From Thermoleophilaceae bacterium (lineage in GTDB: Bacteria > Actinomycetota > Thermoleophilia > Solirubrobacterales > Thermoleophilaceae): a stretch of DNA of 64,000 nucleotides. The notes beneath the pieces are model-generated. The model was given only the letters and a program-made list of their open reading frames with translations, was not told the origin of the DNA and made no database searches. The stretch lies in contig JBHELQ010000064.1 in the NCBI GenBank assembly GCA_046262995.1, positions 37,757-101,756 of the forward strand, in the 5' to 3' direction. Shown here piece after piece: positions 55,986 through 63,624 of this stretch (position 1 is the first letter of the stretch; every line of letters begins with the position of its first letter). Both the position numbers and the translations under genes were made by a program.

Positions 55986-56951
55986 CTAATCGCGCCAGCG
56001 AAGGCGCCACTTGAAGCCGCGGTAGCGGCCGCGCGTCCAGCCGAGATGACGCCCGCGCGTCCATCCCAGGTGACGCCCGCGCGGCCGGCCAGACGGCCTG
56101 CGCGCCGGGCTGTGGTGGCGTCGGGCCGGCGAGCCCCCGCGATGGCGGCGCCCCCGGGCCCATCCCAGGTGCCGGCCGCGCGAAGGCGCGTGCCGCGCGG
56201 GCCCCTCCCCACGCGGTGCCCGGCCCGACCGCCCGCGGACGCGCTTCGAGGCGCGCCTGTGTCCACGCGCACGCCTGTGCTTGATCTTGTCCCTGTGCCT
56301 GGGCTTCTTGCCGTTCCCCTCGCCATCGCCATCGGCGGGCTGCTCGGGAGACGGGAACACCGGCGGCAGCAGTCCCGGGGGCTCGACCATGTCGTCTGGC
56401 GGCTCGACCGCGGGCGCCTCGACAGGCTCCGGCTCCGGCTCGGTGACGGGGGCCCCTCCCGGGGGCTCGGTCTTGGCGACCGGGGCGGGCAGCGGGGGCA
56501 GCTCCACGACCGCGGTGGGCGGAGTCGGGACGGCGGGACCGGGCTTCGGCTTGGGCTTGGGCTTGGGCGCCGCCGTCGGCGGCGGGGTGGGCCCCGTGGG
56601 CTTCCCGCCGCCGGGTCCACCCGGCTGGGTCAGCCGCTGCGCCAGCTGGCGGGGACTGGCGCTCGGCGGCACGAGCCGACGGACGCCGCGGGTCCTCGCG
56701 GTGGGTGGCCGGCGTCCCCGCGCCTCGCGCGACGCCGCGCTCGGCTTCGTCGCGCCCAGGCCTGCGAGCGCGGAGGGGCTGATGCGCCGTACCTGCTGCG
56801 GCGTGCGCGCCTTCGACTCGCCGCCGCGCGGCGGAGTGGGCCAGTCGTCGAAGCGCACGGACCCGTTCAGCAGCACGACCGCGCCGAGCGCGCTCGCGAG
56901 GACCGTCCCGAAGGCGGCCATGGCGGCAATGAGACCCTTGCTATAGCTCAA
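55986..56951 (-). CDS. single-pass membrane protein with KP/EP proline-rich spacer and Arg/His/Trp-rich repeat tail
   Basis: TTG 56951 sits 6 nt after AAGGA. TM helix AAMAAFGTVLASALGAVVLL. The spacer has PKPKPKPKPGP ... EPEPEPVEAP. The tail has RGRHLGW repeats. Confidence 0.5.
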   Translation of the reverse strand: MSYSKGLIAAMAAFGTVLASALGAVVLLNGSVRFDDWPTPPRGGESKARTPQQVRRISPSALAGLGATKPSAASREARGRRPPTARTRGVRRLVPPSASPRQLAQRLTQPGGPGGGKPTGPTPPPTAAPKPKPKPKPGPAVPTPPTAVVELPPLPAPVAKTEPPGGAPVTEPEPEPVEAPAVEPPDDMVEPPGLLPPVFPSPEQPADGDGEGNGKKPRHRDKIKHRRARGHRRASKRVRGRSGRAPRGEGPARHAPSRGRHLGWARGRRHRGGSPARRHHSPARRPSGRPRGRHLGWTRGRHLGWTRGRYRGFKWRLRWRD

Positions 56952-57060
56952 ACTCGATCCTTGAGGAACGGGGCCGCGGCGGCAAGGCGGCCCATCCCGT
57001 CCCGGGGAGATTGCGGATCGTAGGGCACCATCCCCCCGGAATCGCGCACGTTGGCCTAAA

Positions 57061-57075
57061 CGAGAACGATTCTCG
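57061..57075. promoter_or_regulatory. Fur/Zur-box-like palindrome CGAGAA-CGA-TTCTCG directly upstream of the metal ABC operon
   Basis: Perfect 6-3-6 inverted repeat ending 2 nt before a TACGCT -10-like hexamer (57078-57083), which lies 7 nt before ATG 57091. Confidence 0.45.
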
Positions 57076-57090
57076 ATTACGCTTTCCGCA

Positions 57091-57909
57091 ATGAGCGCGT
57101 TTCCTTCGCCGCTCGATCTGGTCGAGCTGCCGTTCCTGCGCACCGCGCTCTTCGAGCTAGGCTTGCTCGCGGCCACCGGCGGGCTGATCGGCACCTGGAT
57201 CGTCCTGCGGCGCCTGGCGTTCTTCGCGCACGCGACGGGGTCGGTCACCTTCCCCGGACTGGTGGCGGCGGACGCGTCCGGCGTCAGCCCCCTGATCGCC
57301 GGCCTGGCGGTGGCTCTGGGATACGCAGGCGGCGTGGAACGGGCGCGCAGCTCGGGTCGGGCTCCGGGGGACACCGCCGTTGCCCTGCTCCTGGTCGCCG
57401 CGCTCGCGACCGGCATCGTTCTGGCGAGCGACGTCTTTCACTCGAGCGCCTCGGTGGACCGCCTCCTCTTCGGGACGCTGCTCGGGCTGTCGGCGGGTGA
57501 TGTCGCGCTGTCGGCCGCCGCGTTGGTCCTGGCTCTCGCGGGGACCCTCCTGCTGGGCCGGGTGTGGACGGCGGCGGCCTTCGACCCCGCGGGCGCGCCG
57601 GCCCTCCGGATTCCCGCGGTCGCTCCCGATCTGCTGCTGCTCGCGTTGACGGCGACCGCCGCCGTGGCCACGATTCCGGCGGTCGGAGCCCTGCTCGTGT
57701 CGGCCTTCCTCGTGGTGCCCGCCGCCACGGCTCGGCTGCTCGCGAAGAGCGTTCCCGCGATGCTCGCCTGGGGAGTCGCGATAGCCGCGCTCGAGGGACT
57801 GGCCGGCCTTTACCTGGCGTACTGGCTCGACGCACCGCCGGGCCCGGCGATCGCGGTACTCGGAAGCGCGACCTTCCTGGCCGCGTCCCTGACGACCGCC
57901 GCACGGTGA
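57091..57909 (+). CDS. metal (Zn/Mn-type, ABC-3 family) ABC transporter permease
   Basis: 8-9 TM helices with typical ABC-3/ZnuB-like sequence (FLRTALFELGLLAATGGLIGTWIVLRRLAFF). Confidence 0.8.
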   Translation: MSAFPSPLDLVELPFLRTALFELGLLAATGGLIGTWIVLRRLAFFAHATGSVTFPGLVAADASGVSPLIAGLAVALGYAGGVERARSSGRAPGDTAVALLLVAALATGIVLASDVFHSSASVDRLLFGTLLGLSAGDVALSAAALVLALAGTLLLGRVWTAAAFDPAGAPALRIPAVAPDLLLLALTATAAVATIPAVGALLVSAFLVVPAATARLLAKSVPAMLAWGVAIAALEGLAGLYLAYWLDAPPGPAIAVLGSATFLAASLTTAAR

Positions 57910-58649
57910 GCGCCGCCGTCCGCACCGCCGCGCTCGCCGCCGGCTATGACGGACGCCCCGCGGTACGCGAGCTGAGCTTCGAGGTCCCCGAGGGACGGAC
58001 CCTCTGCGTCCTGGGACCCAACGGCGGCGGCAAGACGACCCTCTTCCGCGCGCTCGTCGGCGAGCTCCCGCCCATCGCGGGGGAGGCCGCGGTGGAGGGA
58101 CGACCCGCGTACGTCGCCCAGACGGAGCGCACCCGGCTCGACTTCCCGATCAGCACCCTCGACGTCGCCCTGATGGGCTCGCTGCCGACAGGACGCTGGT
58201 GGCTTCCGGCCCGACGCAAGGAGCGTCAGGCGGCGCAGCGCGCCCTCGAGCGCCTGGGCCTGGGAGCCGAGGCCCGCACGCGCTTCGGGGCGCTCTCCGG
58301 CGGCCAGCGCCAGCGGGCCCTGCTGGCACGGGCGCTCGTGCAGGAGGCCCCGGTACTCCTGCTCGACGAGCCGCTCGCCGGCGTCGACCCGACGAGCGCG
58401 GACAGGATCTCCGCCCTGTTCGGCGAGCTGAGGGCGGAAGGACGCACCGTGCTCGTGTCTACGCACGACGTGGACAGCGCACGCCGCTTCGACCTGGTGC
58501 TGTGCCTGAACCGCCGCCAGGTCGCCTTCGGCCCACCGCGCGAGGTCCTCGATCGGTCCGTCCTCGAGACCACCTACGGCAGCGAGCTGATCGTGCTGGA
58601 GGAAGGCGGCCCCACTCGGGCGGTGACGGTCCAGCACCACCACCACTGA
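57906..58649 (+). CDS. metal ABC transporter ATP-binding protein with C-terminal HHHH
   Basis: GPNGGGKTT, LSGGQRQR, LLLDEP. It ends VTVQHHHH. The GTG overlaps the upstream stop. Confidence 0.9.
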   Translation: MSAAVRTAALAAGYDGRPAVRELSFEVPEGRTLCVLGPNGGGKTTLFRALVGELPPIAGEAAVEGRPAYVAQTERTRLDFPISTLDVALMGSLPTGRWWLPARRKERQAAQRALERLGLGAEARTRFGALSGGQRQRALLARALVQEAPVLLLDEPLAGVDPTSADRISALFGELRAEGRTVLVSTHDVDSARRFDLVLCLNRRQVAFGPPREVLDRSVLETTYGSELIVLEEGGPTRAVTVQHHHH

Positions 58650-59476
58650 TGGCCTTCCTTCACCTTCTGGTCGACCCTTGGGGTTCGGACATCGCGCGGT
58701 CAGCCCTGATCGAGGTCGTGCTGCTCGGCGCGATCGGCGGCCCGGTGGGCTTCTGGGCGGCGCGCGAGCGGCTCACCTACGGCGCGGAATCGCTCGCCCA
58801 CGGGCTGCTCCCCGGCCTGGTGGTGGCGGCGCTCGTGAGCCTGCCGCTGATGGCCGGCGCGGCCGGCGGCGCCGCGGTCGCGGCGGCCGCGATCGCGGTG
58901 TGCGGGCGCGACGAGCGCATCGGGCCCGAGACCGGCACCGGAGTCGCCGTCGCCGGCCTGCTCGGGCTGGGCGCGCTGCTGGCGCTCGCGCCGGACGCGC
59001 CGCCCCGCCTGGAGGAGCTCCTGTTCGGCGACCCGCTGGCCGCGAGCGGCGGCGATCTGATCGCCGCCGCGGCACTCGCGATCGGCGGCGGCGCGGCGCT
59101 CGCGGTGCTTCACCGCCCGCTCTGCGCGACGGTCTTCGATCCGGCCGGGGCGAGCGCGCTAGGGATGAGGCCGACACTGGTCCGCCTGGCGTTGCTGGTG
59201 CTGCTCGCCGCTTCGGTCGCGGTGGCGGCACGGGGGCTCGGAAGCCTGCTGGCCCTGGCCGTGCTCGCGGCGCCCGCCGTCGCCGCGCGCCACGCCTCCT
59301 CGCCCGCTCGCGCGATCGGCCTCGCCGCCGCCGTGGGCGCCGGGGCCGGCGTGGTCGGCATCTACGTCTCCTTCCACCTCGACGTGGCCGCCGGCGGCGC
59401 GGTGGCCCTGGCCTTGTGCGGGGCGGCCGTCCTGCCGCTCAGTGGGCGGCGGCGCGGGGCGCCCGGCCCAGCCTGA
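58649..59476 (+). CDS. second ABC-3 family metal transporter permease
   Basis: MAFLHLLVDPWGSDIARSALIEVVLLGAIGGPVGFW... ATG overlaps the ATPase TGA. Confidence 0.8.
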   Translation: MAFLHLLVDPWGSDIARSALIEVVLLGAIGGPVGFWAARERLTYGAESLAHGLLPGLVVAALVSLPLMAGAAGGAAVAAAAIAVCGRDERIGPETGTGVAVAGLLGLGALLALAPDAPPRLEELLFGDPLAASGGDLIAAAALAIGGGAALAVLHRPLCATVFDPAGASALGMRPTLVRLALLVLLAASVAVAARGLGSLLALAVLAAPAVAARHASSPARAIGLAAAVGAGAGVVGIYVSFHLDVAAGGAVALALCGAAVLPLSGRRRGAPGPA

Positions 59477-60191
59477 GGATGAGGGCGGCCCCCGCCGCCA
59501 TCAAGGCCAGGCTGATGAGCTGCGGCAGGGTGAGCCCCGCGGCCACCTCGTCGTTTCGCCTGATGAACTCGACCAGCAGCCGCTCGCTGCCCGACAGCAG
59601 CAGGTAGAGCGCAAACAGCACACCGGGGCGGAAGCGGTCGCGCAACCGCCACAGGAGCAAGGTCACGAGCCCGATCGCGAGCGTCTCGTAGATTGGCGTC
59701 GGGTGGACGTCGTGCGTCGTTCGCACCGTCCCGTGGGCGTACGGCATGGCCCACGGCAGTCCCGATGAGACGCCGTAGTCCCCGTCTCCCGAGACCTGAC
59801 AGCCGACACGGCCGATGGCGTAGCCGAGCGCCAGCGGCACCGTCGCGACGTCCAGGACCTGCAGTGAGAGCCAGTGGCGCCGAGCGGCCCACAGGAGCAC
59901 CCCGGCCGCTCCCCCGAGCACGCCGCCGTAGAAGACGAGCCCCGAGCCCGAGAACACGTTGCCGGCCGGATCGCCCGAGACCTTGTCCCAGTTCTGGACC
60001 ACGTAGTCCAGGCGCGCTCCGACGACGCCTCCGACCAGCGCCGCGAAGGCCATCTCGTAGGCCCAGTCGCCCGGCTTGCCGAGCTCCCGGAGCCGCCTGC
60101 CCGCGACGAGCCCCGCCCCGGCGAAGGCGGCGGCGAAGCAGATCCCGAACGTCTGCAGCGTCAGCGGGCCGAGGTGGATCTCCGGCTGCAT
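59439..60191 (-). CDS. lgt: prolipoprotein diacylglyceryl transferase family protein
   Basis: Multi-pass membrane protein with GRVGCQVSGDGDYG and a YGGVLGGAAG pattern. Its 3' end overlaps the convergent permease gene by 38 nt. Confidence 0.7.
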   Translation of the reverse strand: MQPEIHLGPLTLQTFGICFAAAFAGAGLVAGRRLRELGKPGDWAYEMAFAALVGGVVGARLDYVVQNWDKVSGDPAGNVFSGSGLVFYGGVLGGAAGVLLWAARRHWLSLQVLDVATVPLALGYAIGRVGCQVSGDGDYGVSSGLPWAMPYAHGTVRTTHDVHPTPIYETLAIGLVTLLLWRLRDRFRPGVLFALYLLLSGSERLLVEFIRRNDEVAAGLTLPQLISLALMAAGAALILRLGRAPRAAAH

Positions 60192-60268
60192 CCCGGCCGC
60201 AGACTAGCCGCCGCCGAAGGCGTCCGACGCCGGCGAAGCGGCCGCTCCGCGTAGCTAGAGTTGACGCC

Positions 60269-61183
60269 ATGACGGCGCAGAGAACGGTCTTCAGGCGCGA
60301 CCGCGGGCTGCAGGCGCGGATGCTGCTGACGCTGTTCCTGCTCGGCGCGCTGTACGTGCTGCTCGTGGGCGTCCTGATCGCGGCGGGCGCGGGCTTCGTG
60401 ATGATCATCGTCGTCATGGCCGCGCTGTCGCTCGGCCAGCTGTTCCTGTCCGACAAGCTCGCCCTGGCCGCGATGGGCGCCAAGGAGGTCTCGCCGGAGG
60501 AGGCGCCGGGCCTCCACGCCATGATCGAGCGCCTCTGCATACAGGCGGACCTGCCGAAGCCGCGCGTGGCGGTCGCGGACACCGACGTCCCGAACGCCTT
60601 CGCCATGGGCCGCTCGCCGAAGCAGGCGGTCGTCTGCGCGACCACCGGGATCATGAATGTGCTGGCCCCGCAGGAGCTCGAGGGTGTGCTGGCCCACGAG
60701 CTGACCCACGTCCGCAACCGCGACGTGCTGATCATGACCATCGCCAGCTTCTTCGCCAGCGTCGCCTCGATGATCATGCAGTTCGGCTTCTTCTTCGGGG
60801 GCGGCTTCGGCGGTGACGACGACGACGGGGCGCCGGCCTTCATCGTGGTGCTGCTGGTCTCCTTCCTCGTCTACATCCTGTCCTTCTTCCTGATGCTCGC
60901 GCTCTCGCGCTACCGGGAGTTCGCCGCCGACCGCGGGGCCGCCCTCATCACCGGCCGGCCGAGCGCGCTCGCCTCGGCGCTGGTCAAGATCTCCGGCGCC
61001 ATGGACGCGGTGCCGACCCAGGACCTGCGGCAGGCCGAGCGCATGAACGCGTTCTTCATCGTGCCGACGAGCGTCAAGGGCGCGGTGCAGACGCTGTTCG
61101 CCACGCACCCGCCGATGGAGAAACGGATCGAGCAGCTGCAGCAGCTCGAGGCGCAGCTCCAGCGCGGCGCAGTAGCCGCCTAG
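60269..61183 (+). CDS. htpX: zinc metalloprotease HtpX (M48)
   Basis: NAFAMG, HELTHVRNRD (HExxH), EFAADRGAA. TAGAGT (60256-60261) lies 7 nt before ATG 60269. Confidence 0.9.
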   Translation: MTAQRTVFRRDRGLQARMLLTLFLLGALYVLLVGVLIAAGAGFVMIIVVMAALSLGQLFLSDKLALAAMGAKEVSPEEAPGLHAMIERLCIQADLPKPRVAVADTDVPNAFAMGRSPKQAVVCATTGIMNVLAPQELEGVLAHELTHVRNRDVLIMTIASFFASVASMIMQFGFFFGGGFGGDDDDGAPAFIVVLLVSFLVYILSFFLMLALSRYREFAADRGAALITGRPSALASALVKISGAMDAVPTQDLRQAERMNAFFIVPTSVKGAVQTLFATHPPMEKRIEQLQQLEAQLQRGAVAA

Positions 61184-61755
61184 TGGGCCTCCTCGACGCG
61201 CTGCTGGGCGGGCGCCGCAAGCTGAAGGCCCCCGCCGCCGACCGGCTGTTCGCGATGAGCACCGCATACATCACGCTCCAGACCGGCCTCGGCATCGCGG
61301 GCCGCAACGTGGCGGGCATCGTCTTCCAGCCGCTCGCCACCGCGGACTTCGGCGCCATCGTCTCCGAGACGGAGGAGCTCCTGCGCGGGACCGCCGCGGA
61401 GACAGGCACGAAGGTCGACTCGGCCGACGACGAGTTCGGCTTTCGCTGGCTGATCCTGCGGGACACCGACTTCGAGGATCTGGTCGTGGCGCTGAACACG
61501 GTCTCGACCCAGCTCCAGGCCGGCGGCTACGGCGACCGCCTGCTCTGCTGCGTGTTCGCCTTCGAGGAAAAGGGGCGGACGCTCTACCTGATCTACAACT
61601 TCAAGCGAGGCGCCTTCTACCCGTTCGTGCCGGCCGCGGGAGAGAAGGCGCGCGACTCCGAGCGAGAGCTGCAGCTGAAGGCGCAGATCGGCCCCGAGCT
61701 GCCCTTCGAGGACGACGTCGCCCGCTGGTTCCCGCTCTGGGAGATACCGCTCTAG
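61183..61755 (+). CDS. PspA-associated protein, PspAB-like
   Basis: GTG 61183 overlaps the htpX TAG by 1 nt. The 190-aa soluble protein reads MGLLDALLGGRRKLKAPAADRLFAMSTAYITLQ...FGFRWLILRD...YNFKRGAFYPFVP. The family is recognised from memory, not searched. Confidence 0.6.
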   Translation: MGLLDALLGGRRKLKAPAADRLFAMSTAYITLQTGLGIAGRNVAGIVFQPLATADFGAIVSETEELLRGTAAETGTKVDSADDEFGFRWLILRDTDFEDLVVALNTVSTQLQAGGYGDRLLCCVFAFEEKGRTLYLIYNFKRGAFYPFVPAAGEKARDSERELQLKAQIGPELPFEDDVARWFPLWEIPL

Positions 61756-62363
61756 GCGCTCGGCACGAGCTCGCGCGACTCGAGCTCCAGCCACAGGGCG
61801 TCCACGAGGGCGGGGTCGAACTTGCTGCCGGAGCCGCGCGCGAGCTCGCCCGCGACCTGGTCCTGGGCGAGCCGCGGGCGGTACGGCCGCGCCTCGGTCA
61901 TCGCGACGTACGCGTCCGCCACGGCGAGGAGGCGGCTCTCGAGCGGGATGTCCTCGCCCGCGAGGCCATCCGGATAGCCGCTGCCGTTGAATCGCTCGTG
62001 ATGGTGGCGGACGATCAGGCCCACCCGTTCCAGGCCGGGGATCCTTCCAAGGAGCTCTGCCCCCCAGGCGCAGTGCCCGGTCATGAGCTTCCACTCGGCG
62101 GGGAGAAGCGAGTCCGGCTTGCGCAGGACCGAGTCGGGCACGCCGACCTTGCCGATGTCATGCACGCGCGCGGCGTTGACGAGATTGTCGAGGGCCGCAT
62201 CCGACAGCCCCAGCCGGCGGCCGAGCCGGGACGCGAGCTCGGTCACGCGGTCGCAGTGACTGCCGGTTCCCTCGTCGCGGAGGCCCAGCGTCCCGGCCAG
62301 CGCCTCGACAGTGGCTGCAAGGAGGGTCCCGTTGCCATTCTGTACGAGCCGCTGCTGCGGCAT
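61752..62363 (-). CDS. stand-alone HD-GYP domain phosphohydrolase
   Basis: HCDRV, HDIGKVGVP, HHERFNGSGYPDGL. AGGAGG lies 7 nt before ATG 62363. No receiver or sensor domain. Confidence 0.85.
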   Translation of the reverse strand: MPQQRLVQNGNGTLLAATVEALAGTLGLRDEGTGSHCDRVTELASRLGRRLGLSDAALDNLVNAARVHDIGKVGVPDSVLRKPDSLLPAEWKLMTGHCAWGAELLGRIPGLERVGLIVRHHHERFNGSGYPDGLAGEDIPLESRLLAVADAYVAMTEARPYRPRLAQDQVAGELARGSGSKFDPALVDALWLELESRELVPSA

Positions 62364-62396
62364 TCTCCAACCTCCTTTGGCCTCTTTTCCGACGAC

Positions 62397-62425
62397 CAGG
62401 GCCCCTTCCCTACGGCCCTGTTTTT
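62397..62425 (+). terminator. intrinsic-terminator-like hairpin plus T5 on the plus strand, inside a minus-strand intergenic region
   Basis: CAGGGCC-ccttccctac-GGCCCTG followed by TTTTT. Confidence 0.3.
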
Positions 62426-62549
62426 CCCTGCTTATTCGCAGTTGATCGCCGGACAGGTGCCTGCATGAGACCAGGCTCGGACGGAGAAGAAAACGGCCGC
62501 ACGACTTTGACTCTGGCTGGCGATGGGAACCTGAACGGATCCCGTGCGC

Positions 62550-62828
62550 TCAGTCGGGGATCAGGCCCTCTCCGCTGAACTCGCCCTTCGCCTCCTCGAA
62601 GCTGATGTCGCGCGGGGGCAGGATCACGTCGGACTCGGAGAGCTCGTCAGGCGCCAGCCGCTGGCCGTCGGCCTCGACCAGCTCGAGCATCTGCGACCAG
62701 AGCTCGCGGAAGCCGGTCTCATCACCTTCCTCGACGGCGCTCACGGCGCGGTTGTCCAGCTCGGCGAGCCGGTCGGCGTGGTCATCCGGCAGGCGGAACT
62801 GGCCCTCGCCCGAGATCCGGACGATCAT
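62550..62828 (-). CDS. PspA-associated protein, PspAA-like
   Basis: The 92-aa acidic protein MIVRISGEGQFRLPDD... has an ATGA overlap with the pspA stop. The family is recognised from memory. Confidence 0.6.
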   Translation of the reverse strand: MIVRISGEGQFRLPDDHADRLAELDNRAVSAVEEGDETGFRELWSQMLELVEADGQRLAPDELSESDVILPPRDISFEEAKGEFSGEGLIPD

Positions 62829-63583
62829 CCCTTGGCGTCCTTCTCGCCCTCTCCGAGCGCCGGCGCGTTGTCTCCGGAACCGAGCTCGGCCTTCATCTTC
62901 GAGAGCTCGTCGTCCACCTGCTGTCCCGAGCTGAGCTCGCGCAGCTGCTTGTCGAGGTCGTCCTGGCCCGGCCCCAGCTGTGTGATGTCCTCGAACGTAC
63001 CCGCCTTTTCGAGCTCGTCGACGGCGGCCGCGCGGGCGCGCATCGTCTCTGTCTTGTCCTCGGCGCGCTGGATGGCCAGCCCAAGGTCGGCCATCTCCTC
63101 CCCGACGCCGTGCGCAGCCTCGCCGATCTTCACCTGCGCTTCCGCCGCCGAGTACTGGGCCTTGATGACTTCCTTCTTCGTGCGGAAGGTCTCGATCTTC
63201 TGGCGCAGCTGCTGCTCGTTCTCGGTCAGTTGCTCCTGCTGGTGCTCGAGCTCCGTGACCTGCTGGTCGAGCGACTGGAGCTCGGTCTGGCAGACCGTCT
63301 TCCGCTCCAGCGCCACGCGGGCGAGGTCCTCGCGGTTCTGGCCGAGGGCCTGGCGCGCCTGCGTGTCGAGCTTCACGACCTGCTGCTCGAGCTTCTGGGA
63401 CTGCATCTGGAGGCGCTTCTTCGAGGTCACCACGTCGGCGATCCCCTTCTTCACGTTCTGCAGCAGCTCCACCTGCTTCTGGTAGCCGTAGTCGAGCGTC
63501 TCGCCGGGATCCTCGCTGCGATCGAGGAGCCTCGAGATCTTGGCCTTGATGACCGTCGACATCCGCCCGGCCAGCCCTGGCAT
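62825..63583 (-). CDS. pspA: PspA/IM30 (phage shock protein A) family protein
   Basis: A long coiled coil with the typical N-terminus (VIKAKISRLLDRSEDPGETLDYGYQKQVELLQNVKKGIADV). AAGGAGG lies 7 nt before ATG 63583. Confidence 0.9.
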   Translation of the reverse strand: MPGLAGRMSTVIKAKISRLLDRSEDPGETLDYGYQKQVELLQNVKKGIADVVTSKKRLQMQSQKLEQQVVKLDTQARQALGQNREDLARVALERKTVCQTELQSLDQQVTELEHQQEQLTENEQQLRQKIETFRTKKEVIKAQYSAAEAQVKIGEAAHGVGEEMADLGLAIQRAEDKTETMRARAAAVDELEKAGTFEDITQLGPGQDDLDKQLRELSSGQQVDDELSKMKAELGSGDNAPALGEGEKDAKG

Positions 63584-63624
63584 GGCCGCGCCTCCTTGTG
63601 CTCGGAATCGGTGGGCCGCCTAGA

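Noticed and set aside
62410-62466. 18-codon minus-strand ORF (MQAPVRRSTANKQGKTGP) in the pspAA/HD-GYP spacer.
   Set aside because: It has no Shine-Dalgarno or -10-type start context and atypical codon usage. Its end simply runs into the hairpin loop. It is most likely fortuitous.
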